Positions 8,856 through 18,389 of a DNA stretch of 29,704 bases are shown piece by piece. The position numbers and the translations under genes are program-made. Position 1 is the first letter of the stretch; each line of letters starts with the position of its first letter. The stretch spans positions 1 to 29,704 of the IMG/VR virus record IMGVR_UViG_3300020045_001537; one strand, given 5' to 3'. Source of the stretch: a virus. Lineage: Duplodnaviria > Caudoviricetes. The notes under the pieces were generated by a model. It worked only from the letters and a program-made list of their open reading frames with translations, searched no databases and had not been told where the DNA came from.

Positions 8856-10037
8856 ATGACTTCAGGCGGTGTAAGTTACGTTCCTACCACAGAGGCGGGC
8901 TTTGGGCAGCTACAAGCAGACGCGTGGGGCGTGCCTAAAGTTTCTATCCCTCATTCAGCTTTTCATGGGCTTTTTACTTTTGACATCCCAAGTAGCCAGT
9001 GGTTTATGTACCATGACACAACGCAGACGTACACAAGCACAGTAATTACTTCAGTAGACGGCGCAGCAAAAGTTCAAGCTACTGCCGCAATCCCGGCCGC
9101 TACATTAGAATCCCGCTACACGCCTAGGTATCAGCCTAACCGGGGAGTCTTATACAGCACAGCTCTTTGGTGTCCTAACAAGGAAGCTTCTGGGGTTAGA
9201 CAGTGGGGGCTGTCTACCGGACTAAACGGCGTGTACTTTGAGCTTGCAGCGGACGGTAAGCTTTATGCTTGTCTTAAATCGTTAGGCGTTGTTACTAAGC
9301 GCGCGGAAATTGACACTTCCGTGGTTTCCGGGTTTGATGTGCAGAAGGGCAATGTCTATGACATTCAGTACCAATGGCGCGGAGTTGGTAACTACGTATT
9401 CTACATCAATTTAGTCCGGGTGCATGTATTTGCGAACCTTGGCACCTTAACAGCACTTAGCATTTCCGATCCAGCAATGCCTGCGTTCTTCAGTGCAGCA
9501 CGCATTGCAGGAGACGTGGAAATGCTTATAGGCTGTGTAGATATTTCCAGTGAGAATGGCAATGACGATAGGCTGCAGTATGCGTCATCGTATGCAGAAA
9601 AAACAGTAAACGGCACAGATGTTCCGGTTATTTGTATTCTAAACCCCTCGACGATTAACAGTAAAACTAATACACGGATGCTCGAGCTATCTCGTATTTC
9701 GTTTAACTGTGACAAAAAGTCTATCTTTAAAGTGTGGGTCACGCGTGACCCAACTGCAATTACAGGCGCAACTTTTGTGACACGGGGCAATGGGTCGTTT
9801 ACTCAAACAGATTCGCCTGACTCCATAGCTGGGGCTGTAAGCGCAACTGCTGTAACTCCAGCAAAGCTAGTTCTTGTGACAGCTGTGCCGCTAGCTGCAA
9901 ATGGGTTTCTTGCGTTAAATAACCCATTCCAAAATCGTATTGATTTTGCAATGGTACGCGGGGATTACCTTGTGGTTACAAATACAGTGGCTACTGGGTT
10001 AAGCAGTGTAGTGATTGAATGGGGCGAAGCCGTCTAA
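8856..10037 (+). CDS. Putative virion structural protein (beta-sandwich/lectin-like)
   Basis: 393 aa beta-rich; RYQPNRG...GVYFE...YDIQYQWRGVG pattern. Function inferred from context. Confidence 0.55.
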   Translation: MTSGGVSYVPTTEAGFGQLQADAWGVPKVSIPHSAFHGLFTFDIPSSQWFMYHDTTQTYTSTVITSVDGAAKVQATAAIPAATLESRYTPRYQPNRGVLYSTALWCPNKEASGVRQWGLSTGLNGVYFELAADGKLYACLKSLGVVTKRAEIDTSVVSGFDVQKGNVYDIQYQWRGVGNYVFYINLVRVHVFANLGTLTALSISDPAMPAFFSAARIAGDVEMLIGCVDISSENGNDDRLQYASSYAEKTVNGTDVPVICILNPSTINSKTNTRMLELSRISFNCDKKSIFKVWVTRDPTAITGATFVTRGNGSFTQTDSPDSIAGAVSATAVTPAKLVLVTAVPLAANGFLALNNPFQNRIDFAMVRGDYLVVTNTVATGLSSVVIEWGEAV

Positions 10038-10048
10038 GGAGAACCATC

Positions 10049-10222
10049 ATGGGTTGTACATACGTTAAAGAGTTTACCTTCAGCAAAGGTGGTGCGGTGC
10101 CGGAGACCACTAAAAAAGCCGTGGCAAAGCATGAGAAGTCAATGCACCCAGGCCAACCCCTCACCAAGCTCAAAGCTGGCGGGAAAGTGACGGAAAAATG
10201 CGGCACCAAAGCGATGAAATGA
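10049..10222 (+). CDS. Basic 57-aa protein with two xGG motifs
   Basis: AAGGAG SD and ATG at 10049; Lys-rich; contains FSKGGAV and LKAGGKV. Confidence 0.75.
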   Translation: MGCTYVKEFTFSKGGAVPETTKKAVAKHEKSMHPGQPLTKLKAGGKVTEKCGTKAMK

Positions 10223-10292
10223 CGTTATAATTTACGCTGATGCGGGTCTGCTGTAGCAGCAAGACCAAACCGGCAGAAACACCAGTTTGGAG
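10222..10292 (+). promoter_or_regulatory. Late promoter (ACGTTATAATTT) plus structured leader
   Basis: 12-mer identical to 18837-18848, then TGCTG-TAG-CAGCA hairpin and TTTGGAG SD. Confidence 0.6.
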
Positions 10293-10297
10293 TCTAC

Positions 10298-11290
10298 ATG
10301 GCAGTCTCGGGCACAGTTAGCACAACGACCTTTGACACGCTCAAGGTCATAGACAACGCGTTCAGGCGTTGTCGTTTGCAAGCACAGGCGATTACGTCTG
10401 AAATGCACGACTATGCTCGTGATGCCCTATACCTGGTGCTTTCAGAAATTGCTAATGTCAAGACACCCTCATGGTGTGTTGAGCGGCAACTTTACCCGTT
10501 CATTCAAGGTCAGCCAACTATCCCGCTTGATGTTGGCACCGTCAATGTGCTGAACGCAAATCTGCGCACCCTGCAGACTGTAGACTACAGTACCCCAACA
10601 GAGACTGCTACCACCTGGACTGCGGACTTTGGCACGTCTGGGGCTACAGTCAGCACCGTAGGTATCACTTGGGGTACTACGGCTTTTGCGCTTACATTTC
10701 AAGTGTCTGATAACGGTGTAACCTGGGACACAGTGGGAACGCAAGCTACCAGCGCGGTTGCTGGGGACAAAGTATGGGTGGACATCACCCCCGCGGCAGC
10801 ACATCAGTACTTCCGTATTACCTGGGTAAGCGGCAACTTTGCAACATCAAGTGTGGTCCTAGGCAACTTACCCCAGGAAATTCCAATGGGCGTGCTAAAT
10901 CGTGACACCTACGTTGCCCAGAGCAACAAAGTGTTTGAAGGTCGCCCGTTGACATACTGGTATCAGCGTGATCGGGAGATTCCTCTCATGCAGCTGTGGC
11001 CTGCGCCTGACGCATTGTCAGCTGCGCAATGTCAACTTGTTGTCTGGCGGCATCGCCACATCATGGACGTTGGTACGCTGCAACAAAGCATTGAAGTGCC
11101 ACAAAGGTGGATGGAAAGTATCATTGCAAGCCTTGCCGCAAAGGTAGCACTACAGACCCCAATGGTAGACATCCCGCTTATCTCTCTGCTGGAGCAGAAA
11201 GCAGGTATTGCGTATCAGCTAGCACTTGCCGGAGACAACAGTGGGTCTTCCACGTTCATCTCCCCACGTATTGGGTGTTATACAAAATGA
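10298..11290 (+). CDS. Putative head-tail adaptor with inserted beta-sandwich domain
   Basis: Helical N-terminus (VIDNAFRRC...ARDALYLVLSE), GRPLTYW...LWPAPD and VPQRWMESI; central FQVSDNGVTW...HQYFRI discoidin-like insert. Confidence 0.55.
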   Translation: MAVSGTVSTTTFDTLKVIDNAFRRCRLQAQAITSEMHDYARDALYLVLSEIANVKTPSWCVERQLYPFIQGQPTIPLDVGTVNVLNANLRTLQTVDYSTPTETATTWTADFGTSGATVSTVGITWGTTAFALTFQVSDNGVTWDTVGTQATSAVAGDKVWVDITPAAAHQYFRITWVSGNFATSSVVLGNLPQEIPMGVLNRDTYVAQSNKVFEGRPLTYWYQRDREIPLMQLWPAPDALSAAQCQLVVWRHRHIMDVGTLQQSIEVPQRWMESIIASLAAKVALQTPMVDIPLISLLEQKAGIAYQLALAGDNSGSSTFISPRIGCYTK

Positions 11291-11514
11291 GTCGCTACAT
11301 TGACCCCACAGGGCAGCCTACATACGGGATTGGCATTTGTATGCGGTGCGCTCGTAAGTTTAAGCTGGCGGACTTACAGCCAGATCCAAACTTGCCTACG
11401 CTTATGGTGTGTAGGGACGATATGGACAAGTACGATCCATACAGGCTTGCCCCTCGAGCGGAAGATCAAGTTGTGCTGCCGTTTGTCAGACCAGATGAAC
11501 CTATAGGAATTTAA
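11287..11514 (+). CDS. Small Cys-motif (CxxC...C) phage protein
   Basis: ATGA-coupled start at 11287; GICMRCARKF...MVC...DPY..RPD. Confidence 0.7.
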   Translation: MSRYIDPTGQPTYGIGICMRCARKFKLADLQPDPNLPTLMVCRDDMDKYDPYRLAPRAEDQVVLPFVRPDEPIGI

Positions 11515-11516
11515 TC

Positions 11517-11849
11517 ATGTCACAAACTGGGTATACGGTAATACAGCATTATCGAACAGACACCGCAGGGGCTGTTCCTTCAGCCGGCAACATCGCAAAA
11601 GGTGAGCTTGGTATTAACACTGCTGACAGAAAGCTCTACACCAAGAATGCTACAGGGTTCGTAGTTTCTGTTGGTGGTGGGGGCGCAACTGGTGGGGATG
11701 CTGATCAAGTATTCTTTGAAAATGACCAGGCGGTTACTGCTGATTATACAATCACCACGGGCAAGAACGCAATGACAGCGGGGCCTATAACCATAGAATC
11801 CGGTGTCACTGTGGTTGTGCCTTCTGGCTCCACATGGACCATCGTCTAA
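11517..11849 (+). CDS. Short tail fibre/RBP adaptor with Mtd-N-like domain
   Basis: GELGINTADRKLY (Mtd/hyaluronidase N-terminal-like), Gly linker, C-terminal FFEND...GPITI.SGVTV.VPSGSTWTIV module. Confidence 0.6.
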   Translation: MSQTGYTVIQHYRTDTAGAVPSAGNIAKGELGINTADRKLYTKNATGFVVSVGGGGATGGDADQVFFENDQAVTADYTITTGKNAMTAGPITIESGVTVVVPSGSTWTIV

Positions 11850-11858
11850 GGGTAACAA

Positions 11859-13733
11859 ATGAGCGCAATCAAAGCAGTACGCCACCAAGTAGGTAGCAAC
11901 GCCACCGCATCCAAAAACATCGTACTTGAGGCTGATTCGAGCACAGGTGATCTGGTTATCTACAAGGGCGTGCATGACGGTACATTGACTGAGATTCAGC
12001 GTATCCGGAATGATGGCTCTGGAATGAGCTTTATACCCGCTGGAACTGGCGCAGTTGAAACAACGGTGCAGGCAAAGTTACGGCAGAGCGTGAGCGTTAA
12101 GGACTTTGGAGCAACAGGGAATGGCACAGATGACGACACTGCACAAATCAAGCTGGCTATTACCGCTGCAGGTGTAGGCGGTAGGCTAATATTCCCAAAA
12201 GGCACATACATAATTTCAGCGCTCGATGCAACTGGAGTATGCCTTAGACAAAAAAGTGGGCAATCGTGGGTCGGTGAAGGGGCTGGTATTTCAGTGATAA
12301 AGCTAAACCCAAGCATGACTACATTCAGCATTGCAATTAGGGCTGATGATGGGGCTACAGATTGCTCTATACAGGATATGACTATTGACGGGAATAGGGA
12401 TGAAATAGTACCTTCCATAGATTTATATAGCACGATGAGTCTGGTTATAGGAGCTAGCGGCGGAAAGCGTAGTGTGTATAAGAACCTTGTGTTACAAAAC
12501 TCTTGGGGTAGAACACTACAAACAAGCAATGAGTCATATGCAAGCAAGGCTGAAGAAGTTGTAATTGATAATGTCCATGTACTTAATTCAGGTACAAAAG
12601 GCATCTCAGCAACCAATTCAAAGAGGGTTTCAATAACAAACTGCTACTCGCAGATCAACCCATACACAGCAGCTGAAAACCCAGCTGGAGCAGCCGCAAC
12701 CAGTGGGAGCTGCTTTGAGGTGAACAAGTCTGAAGATGTTTCTATATCTAATAGCCACGGAATACAGGTAGGTTCGTCAATCATTGGCCCAGGAGTTCGC
12801 TTAATAAACGGGTCATTAAGATGTACTGTATTTGGAAACACCATCACAGACGCAGCTTACGTTGGATTTATTGAAAATGTAAGCGGCATTAAGTTCTTTA
12901 GCAACATAGGGAACATCAACGGGCGTGGATACGGCTTCCTTATTTCTGACGATGACGTTAACCAACCTTTGGATCCATGCTTAAACATAGATGTGCATGA
13001 CAATACTATCTATGGACCAACATCCGCATTTCTTGTGTCTTGTGTTAAGCCAGGTTACGATTCTTATGTCGATACCAACATATACAACAATAGAATTGTC
13101 GGTATTCCAGGTGTAACTACTCACGGTATATACAACTACGGCGTAGCATCACCAGCTACTGGCGGGTTGTGTACTGTACGCCAGTGGAATAACTTATTTA
13201 CAGATGTTGAACGGCCGTTTGCAGGGGCAGCAGCGCATGAAATTCAAGGTGCTCCGGATAAATCATGGAGAGTTATAGGAAAGTCGGCTGTTAGTGTTTC
13301 TCATACAGGAAGCACCGCAGAGGTTACATTAGCAGCAGTAACCTTTTTAGACACTACAACTCCGCCAGCCCGCATGGGGAAAAATGGGATTATCCGGGTA
13401 ACTGCGCACTGGAGCTACACGAATAGCGCTAACGCAAAAATAACTAGAGTGCGTTTTGGAGGGTATCAAGCAACCTCATCTAGTAATACTGCCTCAACAC
13501 AACAAAAAGTACAGGTGGAAATAGCAAACAGAAACTCGCTAACTTCACAGGTGGTAAGCATTGCTGGCAATACTTCTGGAAGTGGAGTATCAACAACAGC
13601 AGCGGTACTGTCGGTAGATACCACAGACACAATAAATGTAACTCTTACTGCGCAGTTATCTGCAGCAGGTGTTTCAGCCAGTGAAACCATAGTTTTAGAG
13701 AGCTACATTGTTGAACTTTTGCATGGCCTATAA
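11859..13733 (+). CDS. Tailspike 1 (right-handed beta-helix, pectate-lyase-3-like depolymerase)
   Basis: GTGAVETTVQAKLRQSVSVKDFGATGNGTDDDTAQIKLAI, FPKGTYII, repeated I.NN rungs. Confidence 0.85.
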   Translation: MSAIKAVRHQVGSNATASKNIVLEADSSTGDLVIYKGVHDGTLTEIQRIRNDGSGMSFIPAGTGAVETTVQAKLRQSVSVKDFGATGNGTDDDTAQIKLAITAAGVGGRLIFPKGTYIISALDATGVCLRQKSGQSWVGEGAGISVIKLNPSMTTFSIAIRADDGATDCSIQDMTIDGNRDEIVPSIDLYSTMSLVIGASGGKRSVYKNLVLQNSWGRTLQTSNESYASKAEEVVIDNVHVLNSGTKGISATNSKRVSITNCYSQINPYTAAENPAGAAATSGSCFEVNKSEDVSISNSHGIQVGSSIIGPGVRLINGSLRCTVFGNTITDAAYVGFIENVSGIKFFSNIGNINGRGYGFLISDDDVNQPLDPCLNIDVHDNTIYGPTSAFLVSCVKPGYDSYVDTNIYNNRIVGIPGVTTHGIYNYGVASPATGGLCTVRQWNNLFTDVERPFAGAAAHEIQGAPDKSWRVIGKSAVSVSHTGSTAEVTLAAVTFLDTTTPPARMGKNGIIRVTAHWSYTNSANAKITRVRFGGYQATSSSNTASTQQKVQVEIANRNSLTSQVVSIAGNTSGSGVSTTAAVLSVDTTDTINVTLTAQLSAAGVSASETIVLESYIVELLHGL

Positions 13734-13744
13734 GGAAAATAAAA

Positions 13745-16039
13745 ATGAGTGTGCTTAAACTAAAAACACCATCTGGTGGCTCTATATCTGTTTCCCCGGT
13801 AGATACAGCAGCACACACTGCATTAGCGCTACCAGCAACCAGTGGGACGGTGCAGATTGACTCCTACACACCCAGCAGTGCAATCTCACGAACCGTTGAC
13901 GGCAAGCTCCGCGAGACGGTGAGTGTTACTGACTTTGGCGCTGTGGCAAATGGTTCGTCAGATGAAGTCATGTCGGCAAACGTAGTAGCCATCGCAGCAG
14001 CCATCAACAGTGGTGCAAGGCGGGTCCTGTTCCCTGATGGCACCTACTATGTGGACAGCACAATCACGGCAACGGTTGGAGGGGTTGAGCTGTACGGCAA
14101 CGCTATTCTGGATGGAACCGCGATTACAGTGTCCGGTATCAACGAGACAGGCAAAGCAATTCTGAAGTTCCAGGGGCAGGATTTACTGTCCACCACGGCG
14201 ACGGCTTCATTGACGGCTGGTGACAAAACCATTGCGCTCACCAGCGTAGCTGGCATTCAGGCCGGTGATTTGATGCACATGTCATCTGGCCCGCTTGAAT
14301 CGTTGGTAAACGGGGCTGGCGACATTTGGTATCTGAGCGCCTTCGGCCCAATGGCTAAGTTTGATCACAACGTAGTGCGTAAGATCACTGGATCAACCGT
14401 CACTATGGCGATGCCAGCTAAGTTCAGCATTGAGTACAATATCCATGGAAACCTGAACGTCAATATTACCAGACCCCTACAAAACATCAAGATCACAGGG
14501 CTGCAGTTTGTTTCGACTAGTGACCCGGACGTTACTATAGACAACGGTGAAGGGCTTCAGGGCATACAGATCAATCGATGTTCAAATGTGTCAATTGAAG
14601 ACTGTGACTTTGAAAACCTGCAGGGCTACGCAGTCTTTGCAGCTCGGAGCGCTAGCGTCAGGGTGTCTGACTGCAATTGTGACGGAATGCCTGCTGAGGT
14701 TGATTACGATGAAGGGGTTGCATCTGGCTACAGTGGGTTCACTGCGTATAAGTGCTTGTCTGTCAGTGTACTTAACTGCACTTCGTATAGAGCACGACAC
14801 CTACAAGATGCAACGTATAGCTCACAGTTAACTACGTCAGGCTGCTCGGCTGTAGCTAGCCACCGAGCACCTTACCGGACGCACCAAGGATGTTCTGAAG
14901 TTGTCTGGTCGGGTAACACAGGTGGGGGCGCTGGTGGCATTTTGAATGGCGGCTGGGACTTCTCCGCAGTTGGCAATTTCTTGACTTCGTACACTGCGGA
15001 TGCGGGCATTAGCGATGGGCTACTAGAAGAGCCAGCAGATTTAACTGGTCTATCCGATTCGCTGCCTGCAAATGTTTCTGTGTCAGGTAACACGATTATT
15101 GCTACCAATCGTTTTGACGTTTCCAACCCTGCAGCAATTGACTACGAAAGTGGCGGCGTAGGTATGCTGTTATCTGGAATTTACAAGTCATTGTCGGTTA
15201 CTGGTAATTCTATCAGCTCGTACCTCAAAGGTATTGGTATAGGTTCCCTTGTGCTTAAATCTGCTAGCATCACAGGAAACTCTGTGAGTGCGTATTCAAG
15301 CGGAACAGGTGAAGATGACTTTAATGGTATTGGTATTGGGTTTACGTATAGTACAAATACCCTGCAACGCTCCAATATCAACGTGTCCAATAACGTCTGT
15401 AGTGAATGCTACGGTGGGGTCGTATACTTCACAGGCGGGGCAAGTTTAGAGGCCCCTGCCGATAATATCATCATTTCAAACAACATATCCACCGGAACCG
15501 CCCCAGCTATTCGGCTATATGAAGGGTACTTTGGCGAAATGATTTCTATCACAGGTAACACGCAGCCCGCCATAACCTCGGTTGTGTCAATAGCTACGCA
15601 TGTCAACTTCCTGTCGTACCCCCAAATTGATAACCGGAACGCTAGTACTACTTCTTCTTCTGGAGCCTACGTGATTGGTACAAGCGCAACTGACCCTGAT
15701 ACCTTGTCTGCTAGAACTGTTCGAGAAGGGGCTGTAGTTCTGAATAGCGTTCTGGCACCAAGTGGGGTATACGGGTGGATAGCCGTAAATGCAGGTACTA
15801 CTGGGACCTTAACCGGTGTTACTGCCACAACAACTGCGGGGTCAGCCACAGTAACTTTTAGCGACGTAACTAATCTGTTTGTAGGCATGTGGGTCAGCTT
15901 AAGCAGTGTTGACCGAAGAATTATATCTCTATCAGGTGCTGTGGCTACGCTCAGTTCTAGTATGGCTTCATCTGCCACGCTGGTTACGGTGAGTTACCGC
16001 TCACCAAACTTCAAAGCAATATCCACCCTAGCGGCGTGA
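13745..16039 (+). CDS. Tailspike 2 (right-handed beta-helix depolymerase)
   Basis: RTVDGKLRETVSVTDFGAVANG, FPDGTYYV, many VSGNT/ITGNS/ISNN rungs. Confidence 0.85.
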   Translation: MSVLKLKTPSGGSISVSPVDTAAHTALALPATSGTVQIDSYTPSSAISRTVDGKLRETVSVTDFGAVANGSSDEVMSANVVAIAAAINSGARRVLFPDGTYYVDSTITATVGGVELYGNAILDGTAITVSGINETGKAILKFQGQDLLSTTATASLTAGDKTIALTSVAGIQAGDLMHMSSGPLESLVNGAGDIWYLSAFGPMAKFDHNVVRKITGSTVTMAMPAKFSIEYNIHGNLNVNITRPLQNIKITGLQFVSTSDPDVTIDNGEGLQGIQINRCSNVSIEDCDFENLQGYAVFAARSASVRVSDCNCDGMPAEVDYDEGVASGYSGFTAYKCLSVSVLNCTSYRARHLQDATYSSQLTTSGCSAVASHRAPYRTHQGCSEVVWSGNTGGGAGGILNGGWDFSAVGNFLTSYTADAGISDGLLEEPADLTGLSDSLPANVSVSGNTIIATNRFDVSNPAAIDYESGGVGMLLSGIYKSLSVTGNSISSYLKGIGIGSLVLKSASITGNSVSAYSSGTGEDDFNGIGIGFTYSTNTLQRSNINVSNNVCSECYGGVVYFTGGASLEAPADNIIISNNISTGTAPAIRLYEGYFGEMISITGNTQPAITSVVSIATHVNFLSYPQIDNRNASTTSSSGAYVIGTSATDPDTLSARTVREGAVVLNSVLAPSGVYGWIAVNAGTTGTLTGVTATTTAGSATVTFSDVTNLFVGMWVSLSSVDRRIISLSGAVATLSSSMASSATLVTVSYRSPNFKAISTLAA

Positions 16040-16344
16040 TGCGCATGAACATATCTTCTATCACCCATGCCGTCCTTGCGCTGATAGCCCAAGCCGTGAT
16101 CGGCCTGCTCACTGGCAACTGGTGGGCCGGTGCTGCTTTCGGCGCTGCGTTTTACCTCGGTCGCGAGGTGACGCAGTACGAGACTGACCGGCTCAAGTAT
16201 TTTGGCAAACGCGCCTCGTTTGGTGGCGATGGCGGCATGCCTTGGTACGAGGGTTTCAAAGTCGCCAACTGGAGTGCTGATGCTAAGTTTGATCTGGCCG
16301 TGCCGGTGGTCGCCGTGTGCGCTGTTGCGTTTTTTAGGAGCTAA
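16036..16344 (+). CDS. Small membrane protein
   Basis: Hydrophobic N-terminal hairpin (HAVLALIAQAVIGLLTGNWWAGAAFGAAFYLGRE) and a C-terminal hydrophobic segment. Confidence 0.7.
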   Translation: MMRMNISSITHAVLALIAQAVIGLLTGNWWAGAAFGAAFYLGREVTQYETDRLKYFGKRASFGGDGGMPWYEGFKVANWSADAKFDLAVPVVAVCAVAFFRS

Positions 16345-16346
16345 CC

Positions 16347-16895
16347 ATGCGGTACCTTGTTGTCATTGCCGCGCTGTCCCTCACGGGCTGCGCCTCACCC
16401 GGATACGAGGGCTATCTGGCTGCACAGCAGTCTGTGGCTGCAAGCCGATCACAGTCTGATGCCGCTCGCTACAACGCGCTGGCTACCATCGCGGCCAAGG
16501 GTGACAGCGCGGCATCCGTAGCCGCTGCAATGGCTCTGGCAATGGGCGGGCAGCAGCAAGCGCCACATATCGAGGCTCCGCGCAATGAGGTGAGGGAGTG
16601 GGCAAGCATCATCGTGCCTGGGTTTATACAGGGGTACGCCATCGGCAAAAACGCTGATGTGTCGATCAACGCCAGCAACAACGCCACACAGACAAGCATC
16701 GCCACCACAGGGGCGTTTGTGGGCATCGCTGGCAAGATTCAAGCGCCCGGCGTACCGCAGGCCAACATTTACACGACGCTTTCTGGCACTGGTGTCCTTG
16801 GCTCAGGTAGCTATTCGACAGACCAGCACAACGTCAGCGGGTCGTACAACCCAACAACGACCTATCCCGTAGGCGCTGTAACCGTAGGGCCGTAA
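16347..16895 (+). CDS. Phage lipoprotein
   Basis: MRYLVVIAALSLTG-C lipobox; AGGAG SD. Confidence 0.75.
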   Translation: MRYLVVIAALSLTGCASPGYEGYLAAQQSVAASRSQSDAARYNALATIAAKGDSAASVAAAMALAMGGQQQAPHIEAPRNEVREWASIIVPGFIQGYAIGKNADVSINASNNATQTSIATTGAFVGIAGKIQAPGVPQANIYTTLSGTGVLGSGSYSTDQHNVSGSYNPTTTYPVGAVTVGP

Positions 16896-16897
16896 GC

Positions 16898-17341
16898 ATG
16901 GAAATCATCGCACCAGATCAGTACACCGGGCCTGAGCGTCGCGCAGAAGTTGCGATGACGAAAGAGGATCACACCAAAGTTTGCGCAGCGTCAGAGCGCA
17001 AGCTGAACGAGCGTTTTGGCCTTGTCTATGACCGCCTGACAGACGGATCAAGCCGCATGTCTCGCATCGAAGGCAACCTCGTGATCATGGCTCAAAACAT
17101 TGAAAAAATCGAGCGATCGATGGCATCGTCGTCAAAAGCTGTTGATGATCGGATGGACAGGATCGACGCAGGCTTGCAGCAAAACACATCCGTGACGCAG
17201 GAGGTTAAAGACATCCTCGACACCGCAAAAGGTGCTTTCCGCGTGTTTGGCTGGATGGGCAACGCGCTCAAGTGGGGCCTCGGCTTGGGTGCTGCGGCAC
17301 TGGGTTTCTGGGTGGCGCTCAAAGATTTTCGGATGCACTGA
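16898..17341 (+). CDS. Holin-like protein (coiled coil plus C-terminal TM segment)
   Basis: C-terminal WGLGLGAAALGFWVAL; directly upstream of and TGATG-coupled to the endolysin. Confidence 0.5.
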   Translation: MEIIAPDQYTGPERRAEVAMTKEDHTKVCAASERKLNERFGLVYDRLTDGSSRMSRIEGNLVIMAQNIEKIERSMASSSKAVDDRMDRIDAGLQQNTSVTQEVKDILDTAKGAFRVFGWMGNALKWGLGLGAAALGFWVALKDFRMH

Positions 17342-17856
17342 TGGATCGCAAAGTCATCGCTGGTCTGTCACTGAGCGCCGCTGCACTGGTGGCACTGGTG
17401 GCGCATGAGGGGTACACGGATAGCGCTGTGATCCCGGTCAAGGGTGATGTTCCGACTCTTGGCTACGGGATGACGCAGCGTGAGGATGGCACGCCGGTAC
17501 AGATGGGCGACACCACTACGCCGGTCAAAGCCCTCCAGCGCACGATGGCCTATGTGCAAAAGCAGGAGGCGCAGATGCGCGGCTGCATCACTGCACCTCT
17601 GCATCAAGGTGAGTACGACCTGATGCAAAACTTTGGCTACCAGTACGGCAACCGTCGGCTCTGTGAGTCCAGCATGGTGCGTCTGGCAAACGCTGGTGAC
17701 TACGCCGGGTCGTGTAAGGCGTACCTTGCGTACAGGTTCCAAGGCACTGACAAATTTGATTGCTCGGCCCTGATCAATGGCAAACCAAACAAGCGCTGCT
17801 ACGGTGTGTGGACGCGCCAGCTTGAGCGCTACAACACCTGTATGAGCCTCCAATGA
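17341..17856 (+). CDS. Endolysin, GH24 lysozyme with N-terminal SAR-like segment
   Basis: MDRK-VIAGLSLSAAALVALVA-HEGY...GDVPTLGYG; start reassigned to ATG 17341. Confidence 0.88.
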   Translation: MDRKVIAGLSLSAAALVALVAHEGYTDSAVIPVKGDVPTLGYGMTQREDGTPVQMGDTTTPVKALQRTMAYVQKQEAQMRGCITAPLHQGEYDLMQNFGYQYGNRRLCESSMVRLANAGDYAGSCKAYLAYRFQGTDKFDCSALINGKPNKRCYGVWTRQLERYNTCMSLQ

Positions 17857-18122
17857 ACCTCGATACCGACTACCAGAAAGCGAAACGAGCTTTGAGACAC
17901 ATCAACAGCAAGATCACCCCTGAAGCCAAAGAGCGCTGCGCTGCGCACACACTGGCAGAACAGCTTGAACAACTGCGCACCATCCACGCGGTTGAACTGG
18001 CTCTGATCCAGAAGCGCCACAGCCAAGATCAGGACGACATCCTAACTGCGTTTGAGGCTGACGCATCGTGGTCAGGCCAGCACGCACGACTGAACCCCAA
18101 GGGGTGGGATGCAGGCGTATGA
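17853..18122 (+). CDS. Hypothetical protein (89 aa) in the lysis cassette
   Basis: ATGA overlaps at both ends. Confidence 0.65.
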   Translation: MNLDTDYQKAKRALRHINSKITPEAKERCAAHTLAEQLEQLRTIHAVELALIQKRHSQDQDDILTAFEADASWSGQHARLNPKGWDAGV

Positions 18123-18202
18123 AGAGCGAGCTCATTGCTGTGGCGCTGCTTGGTGCCGTGTGGTTGATAGCGGTGGCGCTTTACCTGGTGCAAGTGCTGT
18201 GA
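18119..18202 (+). CDS. 27-aa single-TM peptide MKSELIAVALLGAVWLIAVALYLVQVL
   Basis: ATGA overlap upstream, GTGA overlap downstream. Confidence 0.6.
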   Translation: MKSELIAVALLGAVWLIAVALYLVQVL

Positions 18203-18267
18203 TTGAACTGATTTACCCCGTCCTCGCTGTCGGCATCCTGATCGCTTTCGTGGTGTACCTACCATGA
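18199..18267 (+). CDS. 22-aa single-TM peptide MIELIYPVLAVGILIAFVVYLP
   Basis: GTG start in a GTGA overlap; ATGA overlap downstream. Confidence 0.55.
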   Translation: MIELIYPVLAVGILIAFVVYLP

Positions 18268-18389
18268 ACCTAGCACTATTCAGTGGATCGGTGCTGTTTG
18301 CGGTCAGTGTGATGGCGCTGTTGGTCATCGCTATCGAGTACCCGCGATTTTGGTTTTTTATGTTTTTCGCCCTTATGGTGGCTGCATGA
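18264..18389 (+). CDS. 41-aa hydrophobic peptide MNLALFSGSVLFAVSVMALLVIAIEYPRFWFFMFFALMVAA
   Basis: ATGA overlaps at both ends, linking to the i-spanin start. Confidence 0.6.
   Translation: MNLALFSGSVLFAVSVMALLVIAIEYPRFWFFMFFALMVAA

Noticed and set aside
11517-16039. Diversity-generating retroelement suggested by the Mtd-N-like domain
   Set aside because: No reverse transcriptase and no TR/VR repeat pair seen in the window; the RBPs are beta-helices.
17272-17340. Longer upstream starts from the ORF track (also 3928, 10019, 11107, 18350, 22438, 22878, 26750)
   Set aside because: Downstream ATGs have SD sites or stop-start overlaps and give more plausible N-termini.
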